Under the pieces are notes generated by a model that worked only from the letters and a program-made list of their open reading frames with translations, was not told where the DNA came from and did no database searches. A stretch of 64,000 nucleotides of DNA from Hydrogenophaga sp. (GTDB lineage: Bacteria > Pseudomonadota > Gammaproteobacteria > Burkholderiales > Burkholderiaceae_C), in assembly GCF_050182545.1 (NCBI RefSeq), contig NZ_JBFXCD010000002.1, forward strand, positions 52,850 through 116,849, in the 5' to 3' direction. Made by a program: the position numbers and the translations under genes. This document shows, piece after piece, positions 24,065 to 34,314 of this stretch (position 1 is the first letter of the stretch; the number at the start of each line of letters is the position of its first letter).

Positions 24065-24086
24065 CCACCACGGAATCTCCCCTGTC

Positions 24087-26948
24087 ATGTCCGACGCTCC
24101 CACCGACTACCGCAGCACCCTCAACCTGCCCGACACGCCCTTCCCCATGCGCGGCGACCTGCCCAAGCGCGAGCCGGGCTGGGTCAAGGCGTGGCAGGAC
24201 GAAGGGCTGTACCGGCGCCTGCGCGTGGCCCGTGCCGGCGCGCCGCTGTTCGTGCTGCACGATGGCCCGCCCTATGCCAATGGCAAGCTGCACATCGGCC
24301 ATGCGCTCAACAAGATCCTCAAGGACATGATCGTCAAGAGCCGCCAGCTGGCCGGCTTCGACGCCCAGTACATCCCCGGCTGGGACTGCCACGGCCTGCC
24401 GATCGAGAACGCGATCGAGAAGCTGCACGGCCGCAACCTCGGCCGCGACGACATGCAGGCCAGGAGCCGCGCCTACGCCACCGCACAGATCGATCAGCAG
24501 CGCGAGGACTTCCGCCGCCTGGGCGTGCTGGGCGACTGGGAACGCCCCTACCGCACCATGGACCCGGCGAACGAGGCTGGCGAGATCCGCGCCTTCAAGC
24601 GCGTGATCGAGCGCGGATTTGTCTACCGCGGCCTCAAGCCGGTCTACTGGTGTTTCGACTGTGGCTCCTCGCTGGCGGAGTTCGAGATCGAGTACGCCGA
24701 CAAGAAAAGCGACACGCTGGACGTGGCGTTCGAGGCGGACGACCCGGCGAAGCTTGCGGCCGCTTTCGGCCTGCCCGCCTTGCCCACGGGCAAGTCCGCG
24801 TTCGCTGTGATCTGGACCACCACCGCCTGGACCATCCCCGCCAACCAGGCGCTCAACGCGCACCCGGATTTCACCTACGCCCTGGTCGATACGCCCAAGG
24901 GCTGCCTGGTGCTGGCGGAAACCCTGGTCGAGAAGTGCCTGGAGCGCTTCGGCCTGAGCGGCACGGTGCTGGCCACGGCATCGGGCAAGGCGCTGGGCGG
25001 CATGAACTTCCGCCACCCCCTGTTCGACGTGGACGCGGGTTACCGCCGCCTCTCGCCGATGTACCTGGCCGACTACGTGAGCGACGCCGACGGCACCGGC
25101 ATCGTGCACTCGTCTCCCGCCTACGGTGTGGACGACTTCAACTCCTGCACCGCGCACGGCATGAAGGTCGAGGACATCCTCAATCCCGTGCAGGGCAACG
25201 GCACCTATGCGCCCGACTTCCCGCTGTTCGGCGGCCTGCACATCTGGAAGGCCGTGCCGGTCATCCTGGAGGCCCTGAAGAACGCCGACCGCCTGCTGGC
25301 CACGCAGACCATCACGCACAGCTACCCGCACTGCTGGCGCCACAAGACGCCCGTGATCTACCGCGCCGCCGCGCAGTGGTTCGTGCGCATGGACGAGGGC
25401 GAGGGCGTGTTCACAAAAGACAAGGCGCCCAGGACGCTGCGCCAGACCGCGCTGGACGCCATCGAACAGACCCGCTTCTTCCCGGCCAATGGCAAGGCAC
25501 GCCTGCACGACATGATCGCCAACCGGCCCGACTGGTGCATCTCGCGCCAGCGCAGCTGGGGCGTGCCCATCCCCTTCTTCCTGCATAAGGACTCGGGTGA
25601 GCTGCACCCGCGCACCATGGAGATCCTGGACCAGGCGGCCGACATCGTCGAACGCGGTGGCATCGAAGCCTGGAGCCGCGTCACGGCCGAGGAGATCCTC
25701 GGCGCGGACGACGCGAAGCACTACACCAAGAGCACCGACATCCTTGAGGTGTGGTTCGACTCGGGTTCGACCTTCCAGCACGTGCTGCGCGGCAGCCATG
25801 CCCAGGCCTACGACCGCCTGCCTTACCACGAGGCAGGGCCCGAAGCCGACCTCTACCTCGAAGGACACGACCAGCACCGCGGCTGGTTCCACAGCTCGCT
25901 GCTGCTGGGCTGCGCGCTGTACGACCGCGCGCCCTACCGCGGCATCCTGACGCACGGCTTCAACGTCGATGGCCAGGGCCGCAAGATGAGCAAGTCGCTG
26001 GGCAACGTGATCGAGATCGAGACCTTCGCCAAAGACCCGGGTGCCGAGATCGCGCGCCTGTGGGTTGCATCCACCGACTACTCGGGCGACCCGCCCATGG
26101 ACAAGAAGGTCATCGCCCGCGTGACCGACGCCTACCGCCGCATCCGCAACACGCTGCGCTTCCTGCTGGCCAACGTGAGCGATTTCGACCCGGCGGCCGA
26201 CGCCGTGCCCTTCGACCAGTTGCTCGAGATCGACCGCTACGCGCTGGCCCGCGCGGCGCAGTTCCAGGCGGAGATCCGTGCGCACTACGAGGTGTACGAG
26301 TTCCACCCGGTGGTGGCCAAGCTGCAGGTGTACTGCTCGGAGGACCTGGGCGCGTTTTACCTCGACGTGCTCAAGGACCGGCTCTACACCACCGCGCCCA
26401 AAAGCCTGGCGCGGCGCAGCGCGCAGACCGCCCTGCACCAGATCACCCACGCCATGCTGCGCTGGATGGCGCCCTTCCTGAGTTTTACGGCCGAGGAAGC
26501 CTGGCCGGTGCTGGCCGGGGCGCAGAGCCGGGGCTCGATCTTCTTCGAAACCTTTGCCGAACTGCCCGAGGCGGACGAGGCGCTGCTGGCGAAATGGTCG
26601 CGCGTGTGCGAGGTGCGCGAACTCGTCAACAAGGAGATCGAGACCGTGCGCGCCGCCGGCGGGGTCGGGTCCTCGCTGCAGGCCACTGTGCGCGTCACCG
26701 CACCGGCCGAAGACCACGCGCTGCTGGCCACGCTGGGCGACGACCTGAGGTTCGTGCTGATCGTGTCGGCCGTGGAGCTGCTGCGCGGCGACGCGCTCGC
26801 CGTGCAGGTGACCCCGGCCACTGCCGCCAAGTGCGAGCGCTGCTGGCACTACCGCGACGACGTGGGTGCCGATGCCGCGCACCCCACGCTGTGCGGGCGC
26901 TGCACCAGCAACCTGTTCGGCGCGGGCGAAGCCCGTTCGGTGGCCTGA
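24087..26948 (+). CDS. ileS: isoleucyl-tRNA synthetase
   Basis: ORF 24087..26948 (953 aa) contains [13 protein letters not shown] and a C-terminal CxxC...CxxC motif. Confidence 0.95.
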   Translation: MSDAPTDYRSTLNLPDTPFPMRGDLPKREPGWVKAWQDEGLYRRLRVARAGAPLFVLHDGPPYANGKLHIGHALNKILKDMIVKSRQLAGFDAQYIPGWDCHGLPIENAIEKLHGRNLGRDDMQARSRAYATAQIDQQREDFRRLGVLGDWERPYRTMDPANEAGEIRAFKRVIERGFVYRGLKPVYWCFDCGSSLAEFEIEYADKKSDTLDVAFEADDPAKLAAAFGLPALPTGKSAFAVIWTTTAWTIPANQALNAHPDFTYALVDTPKGCLVLAETLVEKCLERFGLSGTVLATASGKALGGMNFRHPLFDVDAGYRRLSPMYLADYVSDADGTGIVHSSPAYGVDDFNSCTAHGMKVEDILNPVQGNGTYAPDFPLFGGLHIWKAVPVILEALKNADRLLATQTITHSYPHCWRHKTPVIYRAAAQWFVRMDEGEGVFTKDKAPRTLRQTALDAIEQTRFFPANGKARLHDMIANRPDWCISRQRSWGVPIPFFLHKDSGELHPRTMEILDQAADIVERGGIEAWSRVTAEEILGADDAKHYTKSTDILEVWFDSGSTFQHVLRGSHAQAYDRLPYHEAGPEADLYLEGHDQHRGWFHSSLLLGCALYDRAPYRGILTHGFNVDGQGRKMSKSLGNVIEIETFAKDPGAEIARLWVASTDYSGDPPMDKKVIARVTDAYRRIRNTLRFLLANVSDFDPAADAVPFDQLLEIDRYALARAAQFQAEIRAHYEVYEFHPVVAKLQVYCSEDLGAFYLDVLKDRLYTTAPKSLARRSAQTALHQITHAMLRWMAPFLSFTAEEAWPVLAGAQSRGSIFFETFAELPEADEALLAKWSRVCEVRELVNKEIETVRAAGGVGSSLQATVRVTAPAEDHALLATLGDDLRFVLIVSAVELLRGDALAVQVTPATAAKCERCWHYRDDVGADAAHPTLCGRCTSNLFGAGEARSVA

Positions 26949-27457
26949 TGGCGCGCGTGGGCAGCGCTGGCATCTGGCCCTGGCTGGGCCTGGCCGCCGT
27001 CCTGATCGTGGCCGACCAGGTCAGCAAGCAGATCATCCTGGCCCACTACCAGCTCGGCGACAGCACGTACGTCGCCAGCTTCTTCAACATCGTGCGCGCG
27101 CACAACACCGGCGCGGCCTTTTCCTTCCTGGCGAACGCGGGCGGCTGGCAGCGCTGGTTCTTCACCGCCGTGGGCCTGGGCGCGGCGGTTTTCATTGTCT
27201 GGATGCTGCGCTCGCACCCGGGTCAGAAGCTGTTTGCGTTCGCGCTCGCCTGCATCCTGGGTGGTGCGCTGGGCAATGTGATCGACCGGCTGTTGCATGG
27301 CTACGTGGTGGACTTCCTCGACTTTCACTGGCCCGCGCTGGCCGGCCTGTTCCCGGGCGGGCACTTCCCTGCGTTCAATCTGGCCGACACCGCCATTTCC
27401 GTGGGTGCGGTCGCCCTGATCCTGGACGAACTCCTTCGCCTGCGCAGCAAGCGCTGA
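26948..27457 (+). CDS. lspA: lipoprotein signal peptidase II
   Basis: This is the tail of ORF 25751..27457. Its ATG overlaps the ileS TGA (ATGA overlap). It contains [16 protein letters not shown] and [11 protein letters not shown]. Confidence 0.9.
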   Translation: MARVGSAGIWPWLGLAAVLIVADQVSKQIILAHYQLGDSTYVASFFNIVRAHNTGAAFSFLANAGGWQRWFFTAVGLGAAVFIVWMLRSHPGQKLFAFALACILGGALGNVIDRLLHGYVVDFLDFHWPALAGLFPGGHFPAFNLADTAISVGAVALILDELLRLRSKR

Positions 27458-27504
27458 GCCAGCGCCCGCGCCACCCGGCGGCGCGGCGTATAGTTTTGAG
27501 GTTC

Positions 27505-29163
27505 ATGAAACACCTCCTGGATCTTCTGGCCGCCATTGCCCTGCTGGTGTGGGGCACCCACCTCGTTCGCACCGGCGTGTTGCGGGTCTTCGGCAGCAAC
27601 CTGCGCCAGATCCTCGCCACCAGCATGGGCAACCGCTTCACCGCGGCGCTCTCGGGCCTGGGTGTCACGGCCCTGGTGCAATCGAGCACCGCCACCGCGC
27701 TCATCACCGCGTCCTTCGTCGGCCGTGGCCTGATCGCGCTGCCCGCCGCCCTGGCCGTGATGCTGGGCGCGGACATCGGCACCAGCCTGATGGCGGTGGT
27801 GTTCTCCTTTGACCTGTCGTGGCTCTCACCCCTGTTCATCTTTCTGGGTGTGGCCCTGTTCATCTCGCGCCAGGGCACGCCGGTCGGGGACTTCGGGCGC
27901 GTGCTGATCGGGCTGGGCCTGATACTGCTGGCGCTGCAACTGATCTCCGGCGCCACCAGCGTGCTCACGCGCAATCCGGCGGTGCAGCTCATGCTGCAAT
28001 CGCTCTCCAGCGACCGCCTGCTGGAAATCCTGGTGGGCGCCGCGCTCGCGGTGCTGGCCTATTCCAGCCTCGCCGTGGTGCTGCTGGCCGCGGCCCTGGC
28101 GCTGCAGGTCGTGGGCCTGGACGTGGCCCTGGGCATCGTGCTGGGCGCCAACCTGGGCAGCGGCCTGCTGGCCGTGATCACCACCGCCCGCTCCGAGCTC
28201 AGCACGCGCCAGGTGCCTCTGGGCAACCTGCTGTTCAAGGTCCTGGGCGTGGCCATCGCCATCGGGCTCATCCCGCTGTGGCGCAGGTTCATGGAACCCC
28301 TGGTGCAGGACCCGGCCACGCTCACGGTGCTGTTCCACCTGAGTTTCAACCTCATGGTGGGCCTGATCTTCATCGGCCTCACCCGCCCTGTGGCGGGCCT
28401 GGTGAACCGGCTGCTGCCGCTCAAGGAAGGCAAGGGGCCACTGGACCGGCCCAACCACCTCGACCCCTCGGCCCTGGCCACGCCGTCGCTGGCCATTTCC
28501 TGCGCGGCGCGCGAGGCCATGCACCAGGCGGATGTGGTCGAAACCATGCTGCGCGGCGTGGTCACCGTGATCCGCACCAACGACCTCAAGCTCGCGCAGG
28601 ACCTGCGCAAGCTCGACGACACGGTCGACAGCCTCTACTCGGCGATCAAGTACTACCTCACCAAGATTTCGCGCCAGCAGCTCAGCGAAGCCGAGGGCCG
28701 GCGCTGGACCGACATCATCAGCTTCACCATCAACATGGAGCAAATCGGTGACACGGTCGAGCGCGTGCTGCTTGACGTGGAGGACAAGAAAATCCGCAAG
28801 GGCCGCAACTTCTCGGAAGCCGGCATGGCCGAGATCGTCGAGCTGCACACCCGCCTGATCAACAACCTGCGTCTGGGCATGAGCGTGTTCCTCAACGGCA
28901 ACGTGCGCGACGCGCAGCGCCTGGTCGAGGAAAAGGTGCGCTTTCGGGACATGGAGCGCGAGTACGCCGCCACCCACCTCGACCGGCTCTCGGACATGAG
29001 CCCGCAGAGCATGGACACCAGTGCGCTGCACCTGGACCTGATCAGCGACCTCAAGCGAATCAACTCGCACATCTGCTCGATCGCCTACCCGATCCTGGAC
29101 AACGCGGGCGTGCTCGCGCCCAGCCGGCTGCGCGAGCCCCCGCCCAACGCCAGCCGCTTCTGA
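27505..29163 (+). CDS. Na/Pi cotransporter family protein with a PhoU-like C-terminal domain
   Basis: This is the tail of ORF 26866..29163, starting MKHLLDLLAAIALLVWGTHLVRTGVLRVFG. Confidence 0.85.
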   Translation: MKHLLDLLAAIALLVWGTHLVRTGVLRVFGSNLRQILATSMGNRFTAALSGLGVTALVQSSTATALITASFVGRGLIALPAALAVMLGADIGTSLMAVVFSFDLSWLSPLFIFLGVALFISRQGTPVGDFGRVLIGLGLILLALQLISGATSVLTRNPAVQLMLQSLSSDRLLEILVGAALAVLAYSSLAVVLLAAALALQVVGLDVALGIVLGANLGSGLLAVITTARSELSTRQVPLGNLLFKVLGVAIAIGLIPLWRRFMEPLVQDPATLTVLFHLSFNLMVGLIFIGLTRPVAGLVNRLLPLKEGKGPLDRPNHLDPSALATPSLAISCAAREAMHQADVVETMLRGVVTVIRTNDLKLAQDLRKLDDTVDSLYSAIKYYLTKISRQQLSEAEGRRWTDIISFTINMEQIGDTVERVLLDVEDKKIRKGRNFSEAGMAEIVELHTRLINNLRLGMSVFLNGNVRDAQRLVEEKVRFRDMEREYAATHLDRLSDMSPQSMDTSALHLDLISDLKRINSHICSIAYPILDNAGVLAPSRLREPPPNASRF

Positions 29164-29258
29164 GCCACGCGCCGGCGCGATGCCCGGCCCGCTGCAGGCG
29201 CGCAACCGCTGTGCTACGCTGGCCCTCCGTTTTCGCGACCCGCTTCAGGAGACACCCC

Positions 29259-30407
29259 ATGCCCGGACTGCTGCCCCACGTCGACCCCGATGGCCTGCTC
29301 GAGTTTTCGGTGGTCTACACCGACCGCGCGCTCAATCACATGTCCCGGCGCTTCCAGGGCGTGATGACCGACATCTCGGCCATGCTCAAGCGCGTCTACG
29401 GTGCGCATTCGGCGGTGCTGGTGCCCGGCAGTGGCACCTTCGGCATGGAATCGGTGGCGCGGCAGTTCGCCCACGGCCAGCACGTGATGGTGATCCGCAA
29501 CGGCTGGTTCAGCTACCGCTGGACGCAAATCTTCGAGATGGGCGCCATCCCCGCCAGCCACACCGTGATGAAAGCGCGGCGCGCCGGCGACGGCGCGCAG
29601 TCGGCCTGGGTGCCCGCGCCGATCGACGAGGTGGTGGCCAGCATTGCGCGCGAGAAGCCCGCGCTGGTGTTCGCGCCCCACGTGGAAACCGCCGCCGGCA
29701 TGATCCTGCCGGACGACTACCTCAGGGCCGTGGCCGACGCCGTGCATGCCGCCGGCGGCCTGTTCGTGCTCGACTGCATCGCCTCGGGTGCCATGTGGGT
29801 GGACATGCAGGCCACCGGCGTGGACATCCTGATCTCGGCGCCGCAAAAGGGCTGGAGCAGCTCGCCCTGCTGCGCCATGGTCATGCTCAGCGAGCGCGCC
29901 CGCGCCGCCATCGACGCCACGCAGAGCACCACCTTCGCCATGGACCTCAAGAAGTGGCTGCAGATCATGGAGACCTACGAAGGCGGCGGCCATGCCTACC
30001 ACTCGACCCTGCCGACCGACGCCCTCACGCGCCTGCGCGACACCATGAAGGAAACCGAAGCCTACGGCTACGAGCGCGTGCGCAAGGAACAGATCGATCT
30101 CGGCACGCGGGTGCGGGCCTTGCTGGAGCGCCACGGTTTCCCCAGCGTGGCCGCACAAGGCTTCCAGGCGCCCGGCGTGGTGGTGAGCTACACGAGCGAC
30201 CCGGACATCCAGTCGAGCAAGAAGTTTCTGGCCCAGGGCCTGCAGACCGCCGCCGGCGTGCCCCTGCAGTGCGACGAAGGCGCGGACTTCAAGACCTTCC
30301 GCATCGGCCTGTTCGGCCTGGACAAATGGCACGACGTGCCGGGCACGCTGAAGCACCTGGAGCGCGCACTGGCCGAAGTCGCGCCCAGGGCGGCGCAGCC
30401 CGCCTGA
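29259..30407 (+). CDS. class V (AGXT-like) PLP-dependent aminotransferase
   Basis: ORF 29211..30407. The start is MPGLLPH, with an AGGAGA SD. SAPQKGW contains the likely PLP lysine. Confidence 0.8.
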   Translation: MPGLLPHVDPDGLLEFSVVYTDRALNHMSRRFQGVMTDISAMLKRVYGAHSAVLVPGSGTFGMESVARQFAHGQHVMVIRNGWFSYRWTQIFEMGAIPASHTVMKARRAGDGAQSAWVPAPIDEVVASIAREKPALVFAPHVETAAGMILPDDYLRAVADAVHAAGGLFVLDCIASGAMWVDMQATGVDILISAPQKGWSSSPCCAMVMLSERARAAIDATQSTTFAMDLKKWLQIMETYEGGGHAYHSTLPTDALTRLRDTMKETEAYGYERVRKEQIDLGTRVRALLERHGFPSVAAQGFQAPGVVVSYTSDPDIQSSKKFLAQGLQTAAGVPLQCDEGADFKTFRIGLFGLDKWHDVPGTLKHLERALAEVAPRAAQPA

Positions 30408-30416
30408 CCGTCCTGG

Positions 30417-31412
30417 TCAGGGCAGGAGGACCGTGCAACCCGTGGTGGCGCGGGCCTCCAGACTCTCGTGCGCCTTGCGCACATCTGTGAGTGCAAAGCG
30501 CTGGTCGATGCGGATCTTCACTTGGCCACTCTCCACCACCGCGAACAGATCGTCGGCCATGGCCTGCGTGCGCTCGCGGTTGGAGATGTGGGTGAACAGC
30601 GTCTGCCGCGTCACGTAGAGCGAACCCTTGGGGGCGAGGATGCCGGGTGCGAACGGCGCCACCGGGCCGGATGCATTGCCGAAGCTGGCCATGAGACCGA
30701 AGGGACGCAGGCAGTCCAGCGATTTCTCGAACGTGTCCTTGCCCACCGAGTCATACACCACCTTGACACCCTGGCCGTTGGTGATGTCCTTGACGCGCGC
30801 GGCGAAGTCCTCGGTGCGGTAGTTGATGGCGAATTCGGCGCCGTGTTCGCGTGCCAGCGCGCATTTCTCGTCCGATCCCGCCGTGCCGATCAGGCGCAGG
30901 CCCAGCGCCTTCGCCCACTGGCAGGCGATCAGGCCCACGCCGCCGGCAGCGGCGTGGAACAGCACGAAGTCACCCGCCTCCAACCCTTCCACCGGCTTGC
31001 AGCGCTTGAGCAGGTACTGCGCGGTCAGCCCCTTGAGCATCATGGCCGCGCCGGTCTCGAAGTCGATCGCCTCGGGCAGCCTGCACACGTTCATGGCGGG
31101 CATCACGCGCACATCGCAGTAGCTGCCCGGCGGGTTGGCGGCATAGGCCGCACGGTCGCCGGCCCGCAGGTGCGTCACACCCTCGCCCACCGCCTCCACC
31201 ACCCCCGCGCCCTCCATGCCCAGCGACAGCGGCATGGGAAACGGGTACAGGCCGGTGCGCTGGTAGACGTCGATGAAGTTCAGGCCCACCGCGTGATGCC
31301 GGATGCGGACCTGCCCCGGCCCGGGCTCACCCACCTGCACGGTATCGATCACAAGTTGTTCCGGGCCGCCGGTGGCGTGGATGCGCACGGCGCGGCTGGT
31401 CTGTTCGCTCAT
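30417..31412 (-). CDS. qor: NADPH:quinone oxidoreductase (zeta-crystallin family)
   Basis: ORF 30417..31655. The start is MSEQTSRAVRIHATGGPEQL, with a GAGGAG SD. It contains AAAGGVG. Confidence 0.85.
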   Translation of the reverse strand: MSEQTSRAVRIHATGGPEQLVIDTVQVGEPGPGQVRIRHHAVGLNFIDVYQRTGLYPFPMPLSLGMEGAGVVEAVGEGVTHLRAGDRAAYAANPPGSYCDVRVMPAMNVCRLPEAIDFETGAAMMLKGLTAQYLLKRCKPVEGLEAGDFVLFHAAAGGVGLIACQWAKALGLRLIGTAGSDEKCALAREHGAEFAINYRTEDFAARVKDITNGQGVKVVYDSVGKDTFEKSLDCLRPFGLMASFGNASGPVAPFAPGILAPKGSLYVTRQTLFTHISNRERTQAMADDLFAVVESGQVKIRIDQRFALTDVRKAHESLEARATTGCTVLLP

Positions 31413-31521
31413 CTCGGGTCTCCTCGGTATGAAAAGCGGCCATGCTGCCACGAAATGCGCACCGCGCCCGCATCGCGCCGCATCATCCCCATGAACCTCC
31501 GGGCTTGGCCGCGGCGCTACA

Positions 31522-32469
31522 GTGCGGGCCATGCCTCCGATTGCCAGCACACGCCTCACGCCCACCACCCTGCTCCTGCTGGTCATTCCACCGCTGCTGT
31601 GGGCTGGCAATGCGGTCGTGGGCCGCGCCATGCAGGGCGTGGTGCCCCCCATCACGCTGAACTTCCTGCGCTGGGCACTGGCCTTCGCGCTGCTGCTGCC
31701 GCTGGCCGGCTGGGTGCTGCGCCCGGGCAGCCCGTTGTGGCCGCACTGGCGGCGCTTCGCCTTGCTGGGCCTGCTGGGCGTGGGTTGCTACAACGCGCTT
31801 CAGTACCTGGCGCTCAAGACCTCCACGCCGGTGAACGTGACGCTCGTGGCCGCGAGCATGCCGGTGTGGATGCTGTTGCTGGGCCGCGTGCTGCATGGCG
31901 TGCGCATCTCGCGGCGCGCCGCACTCGGCGCGGCGCTCTCGCTCACAGGCGTGGCGGTGGTGCTTACGCGCGGGCAACTGGACGACCTGCTCTCGGTGCG
32001 GCTTGTGCCGGGCGACGGCTGGATCCTCCTGGCCTCACTGCTCTGGGCCTGGTACAGCTGGCTGCTGGCGCGTCCACACCCGGGCAGCGAGCCCGCCACC
32101 ATCAAGGCCGACTGGGCCGCGTTCCTGCTCGCGCAGATGGTCATGGGCCTGGGCTGGTCGGGCCTGTTCGCCGCGGGTGAATGGCTGGCGCTGCCGGCCC
32201 TGCCCGAGGGACAAAGCCACATCCAGTGGGGCTGGCCGCTGGCCGCCGCGCTGGTGTACGTGGCCGTCGGGCCTTCGCTCGTGGCCTATCGCTGCTGGGG
32301 TGCCGCCGTGGCGCGCGTGGGTCCGCCCATTGCCGCGATCTTCAACAACCTCACCCCGCTTTTCGCCGCCGTGCTGTCAGCCACGCTGCTGCGCGAGCCT
32401 CCACGCGCGTACCACGCGGTCAGCTTCGTGTTGATCGTGGGCGGCATCCTGGTGTCTTCGCGGCGCTGA
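31522..32469 (+). CDS. DMT/EamA-family transporter
   Basis: ORF 31522..32469 is polytopic with EamA-like repeats. Confidence 0.8.
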   Translation: MRAMPPIASTRLTPTTLLLLVIPPLLWAGNAVVGRAMQGVVPPITLNFLRWALAFALLLPLAGWVLRPGSPLWPHWRRFALLGLLGVGCYNALQYLALKTSTPVNVTLVAASMPVWMLLLGRVLHGVRISRRAALGAALSLTGVAVVLTRGQLDDLLSVRLVPGDGWILLASLLWAWYSWLLARPHPGSEPATIKADWAAFLLAQMVMGLGWSGLFAAGEWLALPALPEGQSHIQWGWPLAAALVYVAVGPSLVAYRCWGAAVARVGPPIAAIFNNLTPLFAAVLSATLLREPPRAYHAVSFVLIVGGILVSSRR

Positions 32470-32489
32470 GGTTCTCGCGCCGCTGCCGC

Positions 32490-33287
32490 CTAGAACGTGC
32501 CCGGGTAGGCCCCGCCGTCGGCCAGCACGTTCTGGCCGGTGATGTAGCCGGCCTGCACGCTGCAGAGAAAGGCGCACACGGCACCGAACTCCTGTGGCGT
32601 TCCGAACCGCCTGGCGGGAATGGCCTTGCGCCGCACTTCCGCGATCGCATCGACAGATTGCCCCGTCTTGTTCGCCGCACCCTCCATCGTCACGCGCAAC
32701 CGATCGGTGTCGAACGCGCCTGGCAGCAGGTTGTTGACGGTGACGCCCTGCGCCGCGATCGGGCTGCGCGCCACGCCGGCCACAAAGCCGGTCAGGCCGC
32801 TGCGCGCGCCGTTGGACAGGCCGAGGATGTCGATCGGCGCCTTCACCGCGCCCGAGGTGATGTTGACGATGCGGCCGAAACCGCGCTGCGCCATGCCATC
32901 CACCGTCGCCTTGATGAGTTCGATCGGGGTGAGCATGTTGGCGTCCAGCGCCTTGATCCAGGCATCGCGGTCCCAGGCACGGAAGTCGCCTGGCGGTGGG
33001 CCGCCGGCGTTGTTGACCACGATGTCGAACGCCGTGCCCGGACCGCCCGCGACCGACAACGCCGCAGCGCGCCCTTCGGGCGTGGTGATATCGGCCGGCA
33101 CGCCCAGCACCGACACGCCGGGCGAGGCCGCACGCAGTTCGGCCGCGGCAGCCTCCAGGTCGCGCGCGCCGCGCGCCACCAGCACCACGTTCACCCCCTC
33201 GGCCGCGAGTGCCTGCGCGCAGCCCAGCCCGAGGCCCTTGCTCGCGCCGCACACCAGCGCCCATTTGCCCTTGATACCCAGATCCAT
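32490..33287 (-). CDS. SDR-family oxidoreductase (3-oxoacyl-ACP reductase-like)
   Basis: ORF 32490..33329. The start is MDLGIKGKWALVCGASKGLG. Confidence 0.85.
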   Translation of the reverse strand: MDLGIKGKWALVCGASKGLGLGCAQALAAEGVNVVLVARGARDLEAAAAELRAASPGVSVLGVPADITTPEGRAAALSVAGGPGTAFDIVVNNAGGPPPGDFRAWDRDAWIKALDANMLTPIELIKATVDGMAQRGFGRIVNITSGAVKAPIDILGLSNGARSGLTGFVAGVARSPIAAQGVTVNNLLPGAFDTDRLRVTMEGAANKTGQSVDAIAEVRRKAIPARRFGTPQEFGAVCAFLCSVQAGYITGQNVLADGGAYPGTF

Positions 33288-33303
33288 GTGTTTCTCCAGA
33301 AGA

Positions 33304-34242
33304 CTATTTGCGCGGCGACGCGCCACCAAAGCGCGTCACCAGGAACACCCCACCCAGCACGAGCACCGTGCCCGCGACGATCCAGCGGTTGAATGGTTCA
33401 TCGAGGATGAGCACGCCCATGAGGATGGTGGACATCGGGCCGATCATGCCGGTTTGCGCGGCCAGGCCGGCACCGATGCGCTCGATCGCCATCATCACCA
33501 TCACCACCGGCGCGAAGGTACACAGCGTGGCGTTGAGCAGCGAAAGCCAGATCACCTCGGGCGCAACCACCGCCGCGCTCATGGGCCGCAGCAGCACGAA
33601 CTGCAGCAGGCACAGCAGGCAGGCCACGCTGGTGGCCAGGCCCACCAGGCGCATCGAACCCAGGCGCTTGACCAGCTCGCCGCTGTACACGAGATAGACC
33701 GCGTAACTGACCGCGCTGCCGAACACCAGCGCCGTGCCCAGCGCCGCGTCCGGCCCCTGCTGGCCGACCTCGTGCCCGAACACCAGCAACACGCCGGCAT
33801 AGCTCACCGCCATGGCCAGCGCCTGCAGGACCGTGATGCGGCGCCGGTAGATCACCCAGCCAAGCACCAGCACCAGCGTGGGATTGAGGTACAGCACCAG
33901 CCGCTCCAGGCTGGCACTGACGAATTGCAGACCCCAGAAGTCGAGAAAGCTCGCCAGGTAATAGCCGGTAAAGCCCAGGCCCAGCACGCCCAGCCAGTCG
34001 CGTTGCGTCAGGGGCGCCGGCTTCTCGCCACCGGGGCGGTGGCTGGCCCACCAGGCGAGCGCCAGAAACAGTGGCAGGGCGAACAGCATGCGGTACATGA
34101 TGAGCGTGACCGCATCCACACCGTACCGGTAGGCGAGCTTGACGATGATGGCCTTGCCGCTGAAGGCAATGGATCCCGCGCTGGCCAGCAGCAGACCGGA
34201 GGCGAGGTGGGACGTGGGGTGGGATGCGGACACGGCGGACAT
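33304..34242 (-). CDS. DMT/EamA-family transporter
   Basis: ORF 33304..34293. The likely start is MSAVSASHP (34242). Confidence 0.75.
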   Translation of the reverse strand: MSAVSASHPTSHLASGLLLASAGSIAFSGKAIIVKLAYRYGVDAVTLIMYRMLFALPLFLALAWWASHRPGGEKPAPLTQRDWLGVLGLGFTGYYLASFLDFWGLQFVSASLERLVLYLNPTLVLVLGWVIYRRRITVLQALAMAVSYAGVLLVFGHEVGQQGPDAALGTALVFGSAVSYAVYLVYSGELVKRLGSMRLVGLATSVACLLCLLQFVLLRPMSAAVVAPEVIWLSLLNATLCTFAPVVMVMMAIERIGAGLAAQTGMIGPMSTILMGVLILDEPFNRWIVAGTVLVLGGVFLVTRFGGASPRK

Positions 34243-34314
34243 CGTGGCGATTATCCGGGCGGTTCCAAGGGCCCGGGGTGGCGCGGGCTTCACGATTCGC
34301 GATGGCAGGCAGCG

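Noticed and set aside
24003-26882. A 959-aa ORF on the minus strand, the longest ORF in the window.
   Set aside because: It lies exactly antisense to ileS, which carries unmistakable HIGH and KMSKS motifs. Its translation is low-complexity and Arg/Gly/Ala/Val/His-rich. This is typical of stop-free antisense frames in very GC-rich DNA.
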